Shown: positions 9,157 to 20,042, numbered from the stretch's first letter. The stretch: DNA of 64,000 bases from Bacillota bacterium (GCA_963666425.2 OY762825.2:768001-832000); one strand, 5' to 3'. Translations and numbers: made by a program. The notes: generated by a model not told the origin, from the letters alone.

Positions 9157-10743
9157 TTATTTGCCTTTGCGCAAAATTTTTCCCGCTTTGGCACCGGTGT
9201 GTCGGCCATCCTGGGCGGTCAGCACGCCGTTGACATAAACACGCAGAATACCTTGACAGGCTTGTTTCGGCTTCGTATAGGTCGGTGTGTCGATAATGGT
9301 TTCTGCATCGAATAAGACCAAGTCAGCCCAAAATCCTGGTTTGAGAAGACCTCTGTCCGGCAAGCCCATCCGCGCTGCCGGGAAACCGGTCATTTTCCAA
9401 ACGGCTGTTTCCAACGGGAATAGCCCGCGCTCACGGCAATAATGCCCTAAAACGCGCGGGAAGGTACCGAAATTGCGCGGATGCGGAATATCACTGCCGC
9501 TTAAGGGCAGAGAACTGCCGTCGGACCCGATCATCACCAGCGGATGCTTCATGATCATTTCCACATCTTCTTCACACATGCCAAAAGTAATCTGATTGAC
9601 GGTGCCTTTTTCTGCAATGATCAGATCGAGGGCGGCATCGACCGGTTCTTTGCCTTGCAGCGCGGCGATTTCTTCGATATTCTTGCCGATCAAGTGTTTA
9701 TTGGCTGCACTGGGCAGATCGGCTACCACGATATCGCTGAAGCGGCGCATTGATTTATCAAAATTAGCCAGTATTTCGGCGCGCATCTTGGCTCTGCTGC
9801 CCGGATCCTCTAGCCGTTTGATCATTTCATCCATACCACCCACAAAAGCCCATTTTGGCAGCATCGAAGTCAGGGTCGTAGCAGACGCGATATAGGGATA
9901 TTGATCGAGAGTGATATCGATTCCTTCCCGACGGGCGGCTTCGATACAAGCCAGCGTCGCGTGACTGGAAATACGCCAGTTTTTGCGGCCGGTGACTTTA
10001 TGATGGACACACTGCACGGCAATGCCGGCGCGGCGGCCGACTTCGATCGTCTCGCGCACGGAATCGAGGATGTAATCATTCTCATCCCGCATATGTGTTT
10101 CATAAAAGCCTTTGTACGGCGCGATCGCTTTGGCAACTTCCGCCAGTTCATCCAGATCAGCATAACAACCGGGCGGATAGATCAAACCGCTGGAAAGGCC
10201 AAAAGCGCCTTGCTGCATGGATTCGGCGGTCAAGCGCTGCATCTGGGCCATTTCTTCTGCACTCGGTTTGCGGTCGTCAAAGCCCATTACGGCCAAACGT
10301 ACCGTACCATGTCCGATCATACCGCCATAATTGCAGCTGTAACCGGCCGCTTCCATCTTATCCAGATATTCACCAAAACTCTGCCAGGAAAAGTCCATAC
10401 CCGGATCCAAAAAACCGACATAGCGTTTCAGTAAATCCATTTTTTCCGGATTAACCGGAGCTGCGGAGAGTCCGCAGTCACCGCCCAGTTCCGTGGTTAC
10501 TCCTTGCAGGATGCGGCTTTCCGCCAGTCCCACTTGGGTGATGGAAAAATCAGAATGAGAGTGAATATCGATAAATCCCGGGGCGAGTACCAGACCGCTG
10601 GCATCTATGACTTCTTTGGCTTGCTCGCATGGGACATAACCGACTGCCACGATTTTTCCATCCTGGACAGCTAAATCCCCCTTCTGCCAGGGTGCGCCGC
10701 TGCCGTCCAGTAAACAGGCATTTTTAAACAGTAAATCATACAT
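9157..10743 (-). CDS. N-acyl-D-amino-acid deacylase (D-aminoacylase) family amidohydrolase
   Basis: PGFIDIHSHSD, GDCG, DQYPY, GSDG, HPRNFGTFPR motifs; AGGAGG RBS. Confidence 0.9.
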   Translation of the reverse strand: MYDLLFKNACLLDGSGAPWQKGDLAVQDGKIVAVGYVPCEQAKEVIDASGLVLAPGFIDIHSHSDFSITQVGLAESRILQGVTTELGGDCGLSAAPVNPEKMDLLKRYVGFLDPGMDFSWQSFGEYLDKMEAAGYSCNYGGMIGHGTVRLAVMGFDDRKPSAEEMAQMQRLTAESMQQGAFGLSSGLIYPPGCYADLDELAEVAKAIAPYKGFYETHMRDENDYILDSVRETIEVGRRAGIAVQCVHHKVTGRKNWRISSHATLACIEAARREGIDITLDQYPYIASATTLTSMLPKWAFVGGMDEMIKRLEDPGSRAKMRAEILANFDKSMRRFSDIVVADLPSAANKHLIGKNIEEIAALQGKEPVDAALDLIIAEKGTVNQITFGMCEEDVEMIMKHPLVMIGSDGSSLPLSGSDIPHPRNFGTFPRVLGHYCRERGLFPLETAVWKMTGFPAARMGLPDRGLLKPGFWADLVLFDAETIIDTPTYTKPKQACQGILRVYVNGVLTAQDGRHTGAKAGKILRKGK

Positions 10744-10919
10744 CAAAAAGCCCTCCTTTTTGTCAATTCAATCGGTGTCGAACCGAATTTGAATTACGAC
10801 TGCTCTTCTTTTCCACAAAACAGCCGCTGATTCCTTGTACTTTATTCCAATTGCATGAAGGTTTTTTCCTTAAGAAAGAGAAATATTCTACTATCTAAAT
10901 ATGTGGAGGTGTTTTTAAA

Positions 10920-12575
10920 TTGGCGCGTAAAGTCCCCATCTCATTTGACCGTTACTACAAATACGAAGAGATCATGCAGTATCTCAATGATGTCGTCGCC
11001 GCCTACCCTCAGCTGGCTTCCCTGGAAAGCATTGGTAAGAGTTATGAGCAGCGTGAGATTCCGGCTCTGACACTGACTGACCGCAGCAGCGGCACACCGG
11101 AAAACAAACCTGCGCTCTATGTGGAAGCAAACATCCACGCCGGAGAAGTCACCGGCAGTATGACTGCTCTCAATTTGATCGACCTCTTGCTGAGCGGCGC
11201 CGATCAGGATGCGAAAATTCATCGTTTGTTGGAGAAATATACCTTCTATATTCTGCCGCGCGTCAATCCGGACGGAGCGGAATATTATCTGACCACGCCA
11301 AACAGCCTGCGCTCCTCCGTGCGGCCATGGCCGGAACTCGGTATGGAAAATCTGCCCGGGCTGCATCCTCAGGACATTGACGGCAATGGTATGATTCTGC
11401 AAATGCGCTTGCGCGATGACAAGCGCGGCGCCTGGAAAATCAGCAAACGCGATGCCCGTTTACTGCTGCCCAGAGAACCCTGGGACAGTGACGAAGCCTT
11501 TTATCGTCTGCTGCCGGAAGGTTTAATCAATAATTACAGCGGCGAGCCGTTTGAAGTTGTCCGCTCCCCCTTCAATTTGGATATGAACCGCAATTTTCCC
11601 TCCAACTGGAATCCGGGTGTCCAGGGCGGCGGCGATTATCCCACCAGCGAGCCGGAAGTTCGCGGCGTGGTGGAATTTATCACCGCTCATCCCAACATCG
11701 CCCTAGCCAATTCCTACCACACTTCCGGCGGCATTTTCTTCCGTAATCCTTACCAGTATGGTGATGAAGCAATCGATGCCATGGATTTGAAGTGTATCCG
11801 TGCCGTTGCTGCCGAGGGAACCAAGGTCACCGGCTATCCGGATGTAAAATCCAGCAACCGCGCCTGCCTGCCGGAATGGCTGTATGAACATAAAGGTGTG
11901 ATCGGTTTTACAACCGAGCTCTGGGACAGAATCGGTCAGGCCGGAATCGACCGTGCCGCAGCGGCAAAAGCGGCCACCGCGGAAGAAAAAGAAGAGATTC
12001 AGATTCGCCTGCTGCAGTGGAATGACCGCGTTTTAGCCGGTGCCGGCTTCTCTGATTGGCAAACCTTTGAACATCCGCAGCTCGGCAGTGTAGAAATCGG
12101 CGGTTGGGATCCCAAATATAACCTGCAGAATCCCCCCACTTTCCTGTTGGCCGGTGAAACTTATAAAAACGCCTTATGGGCGATTCGGGAAGCGGCTTGT
12201 CTGCCCCACCTCTGCTTTGATGAAATCAAACAGGAGAAATTGGATGACAAGCTTTGGAAAATCACGGCTACCGTAATTAATGATGGCTTCTTGCCGACCA
12301 ATATCACCAACAAAGCTCTGAGCTTAAAAGCAGTCAAACCGGATTGTGTCAGTCTGGAAGGTGCCGAGATTCTCAACGGCAAAAAATCGATCCCACTGGG
12401 AAACCTGCAGGGTTATGCCAACGCTCATTTCAGCGGTGGCTGGGGTCCTGCGGTTCCCACCAGTTTAGGCAAAGCCGTCTGGTTGGTCAAAGCTGCGGCT
12501 GGCGATCAGATTACCTTAACCGCCAAGAGTGTCCGCGGCGGTAAAGATGTCATCAGCTTCAATTTAAACGACTGA
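10920..12575 (+). CDS. M14 family zinc carboxypeptidase
   Basis: NIHAGE (HxxE), NPDG, NRNF, SEPE, YHT motifs; GGAGG RBS before TTG. Confidence 0.85.
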   Translation: MARKVPISFDRYYKYEEIMQYLNDVVAAYPQLASLESIGKSYEQREIPALTLTDRSSGTPENKPALYVEANIHAGEVTGSMTALNLIDLLLSGADQDAKIHRLLEKYTFYILPRVNPDGAEYYLTTPNSLRSSVRPWPELGMENLPGLHPQDIDGNGMILQMRLRDDKRGAWKISKRDARLLLPREPWDSDEAFYRLLPEGLINNYSGEPFEVVRSPFNLDMNRNFPSNWNPGVQGGGDYPTSEPEVRGVVEFITAHPNIALANSYHTSGGIFFRNPYQYGDEAIDAMDLKCIRAVAAEGTKVTGYPDVKSSNRACLPEWLYEHKGVIGFTTELWDRIGQAGIDRAAAAKAATAEEKEEIQIRLLQWNDRVLAGAGFSDWQTFEHPQLGSVEIGGWDPKYNLQNPPTFLLAGETYKNALWAIREAACLPHLCFDEIKQEKLDDKLWKITATVINDGFLPTNITNKALSLKAVKPDCVSLEGAEILNGKKSIPLGNLQGYANAHFSGGWGPAVPTSLGKAVWLVKAAAGDQITLTAKSVRGGKDVISFNLND

Positions 12576-12655
12576 TCCGATTATTCCCTCATGCAGAATT
12601 AGCCAGGTTTCTTGAGAATCAACCCTATTTCCATTTTGAAAAAGGAGGAACTATC

Positions 12656-13204
12656 GTGTTGTTTGAAAAACCGGGTAAACAGAACACAGAAGCGACCGTG
12701 CAGGCTGTCATCACCAGGGCGCGGGCTTTGGGGATCAAACAGATTGTTGTCGGTTCGTATACGGGTTATTCCGCAGCTTTCTTCCTGCCTTATGCCAAAG
12801 AGTTCCAAATCTTCATCGTTGGTGAAGTCAGTGGCTTTCATCCGGGAGTAATCGCCATGTCAGAGGCAAAACATGCCGAATTTCGCGCCGCCGGGATGCA
12901 GGTCTATCACACCACGCACGTGCTCTCCGGTGCAGAACGCGGTATTTCTGCGCGCTTTCAAGGTGTTTATCCGGTTGAAATCATCGCCCACAGTCTACGC
13001 ATGTTGGGACAAGGCGTAAAAGTCAGCACAGAGATCAGCATCATGGCACTCGACGGTGGCTTAATTGCCGAAGACACCGACATCATTGCTGCCGGTGGGA
13101 CTGGCGGCGGTTTGGATACGGCACTCGTGATCAGACCCGCGCATGCGCAAAGAATCTTTGATACCAAGATTCAGGAAATCATCTGCAAACCTTACCTGGG
13201 ATAA
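12656..13204 (+). CDS. Pyruvate kinase C-terminal alpha/beta-domain-like protein
   Basis: FEKPGKQNT, HVLSGAER, GQGVKV, GGTGGGLDTA family pattern. Confidence 0.75.
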   Translation: MLFEKPGKQNTEATVQAVITRARALGIKQIVVGSYTGYSAAFFLPYAKEFQIFIVGEVSGFHPGVIAMSEAKHAEFRAAGMQVYHTTHVLSGAERGISARFQGVYPVEIIAHSLRMLGQGVKVSTEISIMALDGGLIAEDTDIIAAGGTGGGLDTALVIRPAHAQRIFDTKIQEIICKPYLG

Positions 13205-13229
13205 CTGATTTTCTCATATTACAGTGTAC

Positions 13230-13277
13230 AAAAAAGCAAACCGCCCCGATCTGGCATCGGAGGCGGTTTGCTTTTTT
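13230..13277. terminator. Bidirectional intrinsic terminator
   Basis: AAAAAAGCAAACCGCC...GGCGGTTTGCTTTTTT. Confidence 0.8.
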
Positions 13278-13279
13278 GC

Positions 13280-13936
13280 TTAATTTAATTGTTCAGTGGG
13301 GAAACTGTTAACCACCGGTTCTTTCGGTAATTCGGCTGGCAGAATGGGTGCTTCCGGTGTGCTGGGCGGTTTGACCTTTTTAGGCAGGAAAGCAAAGCCG
13401 CTGATGGCGCCAACCAGACCGCCGGCGATATGCGTGATTTGTGAAATGTTGTCTGTGATGGTGACTGCAGCGTAAATCTCTCCGCCCAGATAAATGCCGG
13501 TGATGATTAAAAAGGTCAGGGGAATGCCGCCGCGCTCTAAACCCGTCATCGAACAGAGAATGATGAAGGCGAACACAATACCGCTGGCTCCCAGCAAGGC
13601 GGTATCAAAAAAGACCATCTGGACCAAACCTGTGACAATGGCCGTAATGAACATAATCAGAAATAAACGCAGACTGCCGTATTTTTCTTCCAGCATCGGT
13701 CCGGTCAGCAACAGCAGCATCATGTTGCTGCTCAGATGTGCCCAATTGGAATGACCGAAGGTATGACAGAACAAGCGTAAATAGGTCAAGGGATCCGACC
13801 AAGAACTGCGGTAAACCGAGAAGACCAGACGATTGCTTTCGCCATTGGTCAGTCGGTTCAAACCCAAGGCCATTAAGGCAAGCGCGACAAAGGTTAGCAC
13901 CACCGGGGAATTATAACGTATTTTTCTCAACATCAT
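13280..13936 (-). CDS. Rhomboid intramembrane serine protease
   Basis: H..W.HL.SN, GASG, H..G motifs with TM segments. Confidence 0.88.
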   Translation of the reverse strand: MMLRKIRYNSPVVLTFVALALMALGLNRLTNGESNRLVFSVYRSSWSDPLTYLRLFCHTFGHSNWAHLSSNMMLLLLTGPMLEEKYGSLRLFLIMFITAIVTGLVQMVFFDTALLGASGIVFAFIILCSMTGLERGGIPLTFLIITGIYLGGEIYAAVTITDNISQITHIAGGLVGAISGFAFLPKKVKPPSTPEAPILPAELPKEPVVNSFPTEQLN

Positions 13937-14093
13937 TTCCCACCTCCCTGTTCATCACCCGAATCCGCAAAATTTGCAGCAGATTCACCGGGATTATATT
14001 CAAATACAGATCATTGCCTGCCGACCAGGCAGCATCGCTGCTGCTGTGACCCCTCCCGTCAGCTTTGCTGAAGGCTGCTCTTGCACAGCTCTT

Positions 14094-15980
14094 TTATTTT
14101 TGTGAAATCATCAATTGCGAGATTGAATTAGAGAAAGCGACCGGATCTTCAATTGGCATGCCGGCAATCAGGAGTGCCTGATCATAAAGCAACTGAGCAT
14201 ACATGGCAATTTTCTCCGGCTGATCCGCCACCGTTTGCGCCAGCACGGCAAACAGCGGATGCTCGGCGTTAATTTCCAAGACCCGTTCCGCTTTCACCTT
14301 CTGTTCGGCGGCAGGCATAGCGTTCAGGACCTTTTCCATCTCCAGCGATAATTCCCCATCGTTGACCAAGCAGACCGGATGTTTTTTCAGGCGGGCAGAC
14401 AGGCGGACTGCCTTGACTTTACCGGTTAACGCTTTGCTCATTTCCTGCAGAAGCACTTGATTGAGATCCGTCTTTTTTTGAATCTCGGCTTTTTCTGCTT
14501 CGCTTTCCAAGCCCAGATCACTGTCTGTCACCGATTTAAATTCCTTATCGGCATAAGTACGCAGGACTTTGATGGCAAACTCGTCGACTTCTTCTGTCAT
14601 AGAAAGAATATCATAGCCTTTTTCCTGGATGGCATCGCTCTGCGGCAAAGCGGCGATTTTCGCTTCGGTTTCACCGCTGGCATAATAGATATGCTTCTGT
14701 TCTTCCGGCATCTTGGCGACATATTCCTGAAAAGAAATCAATTTGTTTTCCTTCAGGGAGTGGAAAAGAATCAAATCTTTCAGATCGTCTTTATGCATGC
14801 CGTAATCCGCATACATACCATATTTTAGCTGCAAGCCGAATCCCTTCCAGAATTTTTCGTATTTTTCTCTTGTATCCTGCAAAATTTTAGTCAATTCGGC
14901 GCGCAGTTTTTTCTCAATGTTCTTGGCGATCAGTTTCAGCTGCCGGTCGTGCTGCAGCATTTCGCGGGAAATGTTCAAAGAAAAATCTGCGGAGTCAACA
15001 ATCCCTCTGACAAAGCCAAAGTAATCGGGCAGCAATTCGCCGCAATTCTCCATGATCATGACGCCGTTGCAATAAAGCTGTAAACCTTTTTCGAAATTCT
15101 TGGTATAATAACCAAACGGCGGCTCAGCCGGTATAAAAAGCAAAGCATTATAGGTGACGGATCCTTCTACCTTAGTATTGATCACATGCAGCGGTTCGCG
15201 ATAATCGCCGAACTTATCCATGTAAAAGCCGTTGTAATCCTCATCCTTTAAATCTTCTTTTTGCTTGCGCCAGATGGGAATCATACTGTTGACGGTCTTG
15301 ATTTCTTTGACGGTTTCATACTCTTCCTGATTCTCTTTTTTGGGAACCGAAGTTTCCACTTCCATCCGAATGGGATAGCGGATATAATCGGAGTATTTTT
15401 TAATCAAATCCGTTAAGGTATATTGCTCTAAATATTCACTGTACTTCTCATCTTCGCTGTCCGGCCGCAGATAGAGGGTCACCTCTGTACCATGCGATTC
15501 CATGTCACAAGGTGTCAGGGTATAACCATCCTCACCGGAAGATTCCCAACAATTTGCTGTCGGCTGACCGTAGGCTTTGCTCCGGACAATAATCTTACTG
15601 CTGACCATAAAAGCCGAATAGAAGCCAACGCCAAATTGACCGATCACATCGGTTTCTCCTTCAAAAGCCTTGCGGAAATCCAAGGTACCGCTCTTCGCAA
15701 TTGTACCGAGATTATCGATCAGTTCATCTTCCGTCATACCGCAGCCATTATCACGGATAGTCAGCGTCCGTTCGGTCTGATTCACCGTCAAATCGATTTT
15801 TAAATCGTCGCGGCTGATGCTTTCTTTGCCTTCTGCTATTTCTTTCAGATAAAGCTTATCCAGCGCATCGCTCGCATTCGAGATCAGTTCGCGCAGGAAA
15901 ACTTCCTTATGCGTATAGATGGAATTAATCATCAATTCCATCAGCCGTTTTGACTCGGTTTTAAACTCTCTCTTTGCCAT
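14094..15980 (-). CDS. htpG: Molecular chaperone HtpG (Hsp90)
   Basis: FLRELISNASDA, NLGTIAKSGT, IGQFGVGFYS, LNISREMLQ. Confidence 0.96.
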   Translation of the reverse strand: MAKREFKTESKRLMELMINSIYTHKEVFLRELISNASDALDKLYLKEIAEGKESISRDDLKIDLTVNQTERTLTIRDNGCGMTEDELIDNLGTIAKSGTLDFRKAFEGETDVIGQFGVGFYSAFMVSSKIIVRSKAYGQPTANCWESSGEDGYTLTPCDMESHGTEVTLYLRPDSEDEKYSEYLEQYTLTDLIKKYSDYIRYPIRMEVETSVPKKENQEEYETVKEIKTVNSMIPIWRKQKEDLKDEDYNGFYMDKFGDYREPLHVINTKVEGSVTYNALLFIPAEPPFGYYTKNFEKGLQLYCNGVMIMENCGELLPDYFGFVRGIVDSADFSLNISREMLQHDRQLKLIAKNIEKKLRAELTKILQDTREKYEKFWKGFGLQLKYGMYADYGMHKDDLKDLILFHSLKENKLISFQEYVAKMPEEQKHIYYASGETEAKIAALPQSDAIQEKGYDILSMTEEVDEFAIKVLRTYADKEFKSVTDSDLGLESEAEKAEIQKKTDLNQVLLQEMSKALTGKVKAVRLSARLKKHPVCLVNDGELSLEMEKVLNAMPAAEQKVKAERVLEINAEHPLFAVLAQTVADQPEKIAMYAQLLYDQALLIAGMPIEDPVAFSNSISQLMISQK

Positions 15981-16006
15981 GGCAATCACCTCAATTTTTA
16001 ATCTTG

Positions 16007-16033
16007 TTAGCACTCCATCACATCGAGTGCTAA
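16007..16033. promoter_or_regulatory. CIRCE element (HrcA operator)
   Basis: Perfect TTAGCACTC-N9-GAGTGCTAA upstream of htpG. Confidence 0.95.
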
Positions 16034-16040
16034 CAATCGA

Positions 16041-16069
16041 ATTATAAAACTTTCTTTCGTAAAATGCAA
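16041..16069 (-). promoter_or_regulatory. sigma-A promoter of htpG
   Basis: TTGCAT-17 nt-TATAAT on minus strand. Confidence 0.8.
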
Positions 16070-16105
16070 GGCTTTGTCAGAATTATTTCTGTTGCCGGCT
16101 GCCTC

Positions 16106-18553
16106 TCAGTTCGCTTCTGCTGACTGCAGCAAAACCTGATCGATGAACACTCTGGCAATCTTGGGATCAAATTGCGTTCCTGCCGACCTTTCAATTTCGG
16201 CAACTGCGTCTGCTTTACTCATTGCTTTGCGATAAACCCGATCCTCTGTCATCGCATCATATGCATCAACCAGTGCAATCAATCGGGCAGGCAAGGGGAT
16301 TGCTTCTCCGGCCAAACCTTGCGGATAACCTTTGCCATCCCAACGTTCGTGATGGGAATGGATGATGTCTTTGACTGCTGCAAATTGCGGAACAGCCTGC
16401 GCAATACGGTAACCGACTTCCGGATGTTGTTTCATCAACAGCCATTCCTCTTGATTCAGCTTACCCGGTTTGTTGAGAATACTAAAATCGATATTGATTT
16501 TGCCGATATCGTGCAGCGCGGATGCCAAAGCCAATGTGTCTTGGTCTTTCAAGGACATCGAGAGCTGGCGACCCAGCTCTTTCGCCATCCGGGCCATCCG
16601 CTCCGCGTGTTCCTGCGTTTCATTGCTTTTTTCATGCAGGGCAGCCATCAGTGTTACCAACAGTTTGCTGTGAATACCGGATTGGGCTAACAGCTTGCGG
16701 CTGTACATATATTCTTCGGCGATTTTCAAAGTATCATCCAAAGATTGTGTGCTGTTGGTTTTGCTGGCATAGGCAGCGGTGACGTTGGCATAATACCGAT
16801 GCTGAGCCGGTTCGGTTTCCAGGATGGCGATGGATTTACTGATTTGCTCATAAATTGTAACCGCCGTCTCCGCATCCGTCTCGGGCAGAATAATGAAAAA
16901 ATCATCCCCTGCCGCTCTGGTAATCAGGTCCGACGACCGGCAGCAGTGCTTCAATTCTTTGACCAAAGCCATGATCAGCGCATCGCCTTCCTCATGGCCG
17001 TAAGTATCGTTGATTTGTCTTAAGCCGTTGATGTCGCAAACGATCAGGGAAACAGGCAAGGTATTGGCTGCTTCCAGGCGCATCTTTTCTCTTTCGAAAT
17101 AAGCTCTGTTGTAGACACCTGTCAGGGCATCATGATCGCTGAGATATTGGATTGCCGCCTCTTTTTGCTTGCGCTCTGTGATATCACGGCCAACCCCAAC
17201 AATCCCCTGAATTTTCCCCATTTCATCATAATAGGGGCTTTTCAGTAATTCGATGCTGCGTTGTCTGCCTTGTGCGTCGGTGTACTCACTTTCATAAAGA
17301 GTGGCTTTTTGCGCTGTAAAAACGGTCTCCTCATAGAGACTGAATGCGCTGATGCGGGTAGCATCAAAGATATCATAGGGTTTCTTGCCAATGATCTCTT
17401 TTTCAGGCAAACCGGAAAAGCGTTCAAATGCTTTATTGCAGCCAAGATATGCATTATTCAAATCTTTGTAGTAAATCCAATCGGCAGTCGAAGCAAACAA
17501 AGACTGCAGCAGAGATAACTCTGTTTTATATTGATGATATAGAATACGATAATCCTCCAGCATTGTTTCTTTTTGGTTTTTTGCAGTCACCATTTCCGTA
17601 ATATCCTTCATGAGATAGGCATAAGCATGCTCACCGAAAATATCTTTCTCAGTCAGACTGAGGATGGATAAATGCAGCCAAATCAACGAACCATCCGGTC
17701 TGAGGATTCTTTTTTCCACGACATATTCATGGATCGTGGCTGTCAGATGGTTTTTCAACTGAAACAGCGTTTCTACTGCATCATCAGGAGGAGACAAATT
17801 AACCCATCCCTGCTGATAAATATCCTGCTTTGATCTGCCTAAGATTTTTTCGCAGAGCGGGTTGCAGTAAATAAAGCGGTCTTCTACTTCAACGGCAATC
17901 CCAATCGGAGCATTGTTATACAGGGTCCGAAAGCGCAGTTCGCTCTCGGCAACTTTTTTCTTGGATAAGCGGAAGAAAATTTGCGCCGTGATCATCGTGC
18001 CGGCAATCAAAACAGCGAGCGGATAAATCAATAACATCGGCAAGGCAAAATTGCTCAGCAAATCTTTCGCTACTGCAGCCGGCAAAGCGGCAAAACACAA
18101 CAAATTCAAAAACGACAACAGCCAACCGAAGAGATAAAATTCGATATAGACGGTTATTTTTCCTGACAGAAGCTGGTTTCCTCGGCAATGCTGCCAAATC
18201 AAACCGACGGTGGCAGCAACGATCAGCATCAGGATACCGATCCATGCGTCAATGCCGACCAAAAGTAAGAGGAGTACACTGAGCAGCAGAACGGTGATAG
18301 CAGCCGGTATGATGCCAAAAAAAAACGCAGTCAAACCAGCGATGGTAAACTTGGCATCCATGACATACATAGGATCAAAATGCGACATACTCCTGATCAT
18401 GATCATACCGAAGATGGCTGGCACCACGCCCCAAATGGTCTCGAAAAGCAGAGATTTTTTGCGGTAATTTTCCAGAGGGGCTAAATAAGAAGCAGCGCAG
18501 ACGAATAAAATCACTGCATTGACAATCAGATGCTCCAGGATTTCATGATGCAT
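16106..18553 (-). CDS. Membrane PAS/GGDEF-like/HD-GYP cyclic-di-GMP signalling protein
   Basis: N-terminal TM region, two PAS-like segments, HDALTGVYNR/DINGL..IND, degenerate AGDDF, HDIGK...HHERWDGKGYP. Confidence 0.88.
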   Translation of the reverse strand: MHHEILEHLIVNAVILFVCAASYLAPLENYRKKSLLFETIWGVVPAIFGMIMIRSMSHFDPMYVMDAKFTIAGLTAFFFGIIPAAITVLLLSVLLLLLVGIDAWIGILMLIVAATVGLIWQHCRGNQLLSGKITVYIEFYLFGWLLSFLNLLCFAALPAAVAKDLLSNFALPMLLIYPLAVLIAGTMITAQIFFRLSKKKVAESELRFRTLYNNAPIGIAVEVEDRFIYCNPLCEKILGRSKQDIYQQGWVNLSPPDDAVETLFQLKNHLTATIHEYVVEKRILRPDGSLIWLHLSILSLTEKDIFGEHAYAYLMKDITEMVTAKNQKETMLEDYRILYHQYKTELSLLQSLFASTADWIYYKDLNNAYLGCNKAFERFSGLPEKEIIGKKPYDIFDATRISAFSLYEETVFTAQKATLYESEYTDAQGRQRSIELLKSPYYDEMGKIQGIVGVGRDITERKQKEAAIQYLSDHDALTGVYNRAYFEREKMRLEAANTLPVSLIVCDINGLRQINDTYGHEEGDALIMALVKELKHCCRSSDLITRAAGDDFFIILPETDAETAVTIYEQISKSIAILETEPAQHRYYANVTAAYASKTNSTQSLDDTLKIAEEYMYSRKLLAQSGIHSKLLVTLMAALHEKSNETQEHAERMARMAKELGRQLSMSLKDQDTLALASALHDIGKINIDFSILNKPGKLNQEEWLLMKQHPEVGYRIAQAVPQFAAVKDIIHSHHERWDGKGYPQGLAGEAIPLPARLIALVDAYDAMTEDRVYRKAMSKADAVAEIERSAGTQFDPKIARVFIDQVLLQSAEAN

Positions 18554-19077
18554 ATGGTCACCTTCGTACTTTCTGCTGTGGTTCCATCAACCGATTTGCT
18601 GAAAAATATTCTATCATACTCAAAATTGCCAGAATTTCTATGTTTGGCTATACAAATCACTAGCGCTGTGCTGCCTCGATGCAGTTATACTTCGGGTCGC
18701 AAAGCAAAATGAGTCATCCTGACTTTTTTTAGTATACTACAAATTATGTTTGATTCGCAAGAGGAAATCCATCAATTAAGCATGGTATTATCTAACATAT
18801 CTATAATTTTGGATTTTATCCTGAATTTGTCATATTATTTACACATTATTCCATATACTATTTTATTCTCCGACAAAGTAAAATACCTAAAAAAACAGAG
18901 TGGACTCGCTGTTGCGGCATTCGCATGAACTGATCTGGACTTCTGGAATAAAATATGATATATTGATAGCAGGTGCAGGAATCTTGACATCTTTACCTGA
19001 CTGAACGGGAATATCGCATTGATTTTCAAGCCAAACTCAATCACCCGATTCGATCAGATCTTTGTAGGAGGTAAACT

Positions 19078-19947
19078 ATGAATAACTTCGTCATCCTGAC
19101 AGACTCATGTTGTGATCTTCCTGCCGCGTTGGCAGCAGAATGGAAGGTTGAGGCAGTTCCACTTGCTGTGACCATCGCAGGAAAAACATACCGGAATTTT
19201 CTGGATGAGAAAGAAATCAGCTTTCATGATTTTTATCAATTGCTGAGGGAACATCAGTCTGCCTTAACCACCGCGCCAAATATCGATGATTTTATCAATT
19301 ATATGAAACCCCACTTGGAAAACGGTGAAGATATCCTTTTCCTTGGCTTTTCTTCGGCGCTCAGTGCTTCTTACAATGTCGGAACCATAGTGGCAAAAGA
19401 ATTGTCCGAGCAATTTCCAAAACGCAAAATTCTAACCATTGACAGTCTGAGTGCGTCTCTTGGACAAGGTTTGCTTGTCTCTCTGATGGTGGCAGAGCAG
19501 CAAAAAGGCCGTTCGATTGAAGAAGTCGCTGCATTTGCTGAAAGAATGAAATATCATATCTGTCATTGGTTTATGGTGGAGGATTTGAATCATCTGAAAC
19601 GTGGCGGCAGGATTTCAGCCACCACGGCGATGGTTGGCACTGTTCTTAATATCAAACCGATTTTGCACTTTGATAACGAAGGCAAAATGATCAATATGGA
19701 AAAAGGTCACGGCAGAAACAAATCAATCAGACGTCTGGCTGAGATCGTTTTGGCAACGGCAAAGAACCTAAGTGAACAGACTGTTTACATTTCTCATGCC
19801 GACTGTTTTGAAGATGCCGAACGCCTTGAACAGCTACTAAAAGAACTTGGCGTTCAGAAAACAATGATCAACTACGTTGGACCGGTAATCGGCGCGCATG
19901 CAGGGCCTGGTACCATGGCAGTCTTCTTTATTGCAGATCAACGCTAA
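19078..19947 (+). CDS. DegV family fatty-acid-binding protein
   Basis: ILTDSCCDL, SSALSAS, LKRGGR, GPVIGAHAGPG. Confidence 0.92.
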   Translation: MNNFVILTDSCCDLPAALAAEWKVEAVPLAVTIAGKTYRNFLDEKEISFHDFYQLLREHQSALTTAPNIDDFINYMKPHLENGEDILFLGFSSALSASYNVGTIVAKELSEQFPKRKILTIDSLSASLGQGLLVSLMVAEQQKGRSIEEVAAFAERMKYHICHWFMVEDLNHLKRGGRISATTAMVGTVLNIKPILHFDNEGKMINMEKGHGRNKSIRRLAEIVLATAKNLSEQTVYISHADCFEDAERLEQLLKELGVQKTMINYVGPVIGAHAGPGTMAVFFIADQR

Positions 19948-19996
19948 AAAGTAAGAGCAATCATTTGGCCTTGCTTCGAATTTGCCGGAACGCAAT

Positions 19997-20025
19997 TTGA
20001 CAAGCCGCTGTTTTCGTGTTATACT
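19997..20025 (+). promoter_or_regulatory. sigma-A promoter of thi operon
   Basis: TTGACA-17-TATACT with TG extension. Confidence 0.8.
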
Positions 20026-20042
20026 GCGCTTAATTTCATAAC

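Noticed and set aside
18685-18710. GGGTCGCAAAGC near the HD-GYP gene as a c-di-GMP riboswitch
   Set aside because: Wrong strand for that gene and lacks the GGCAAA/GAAA stem
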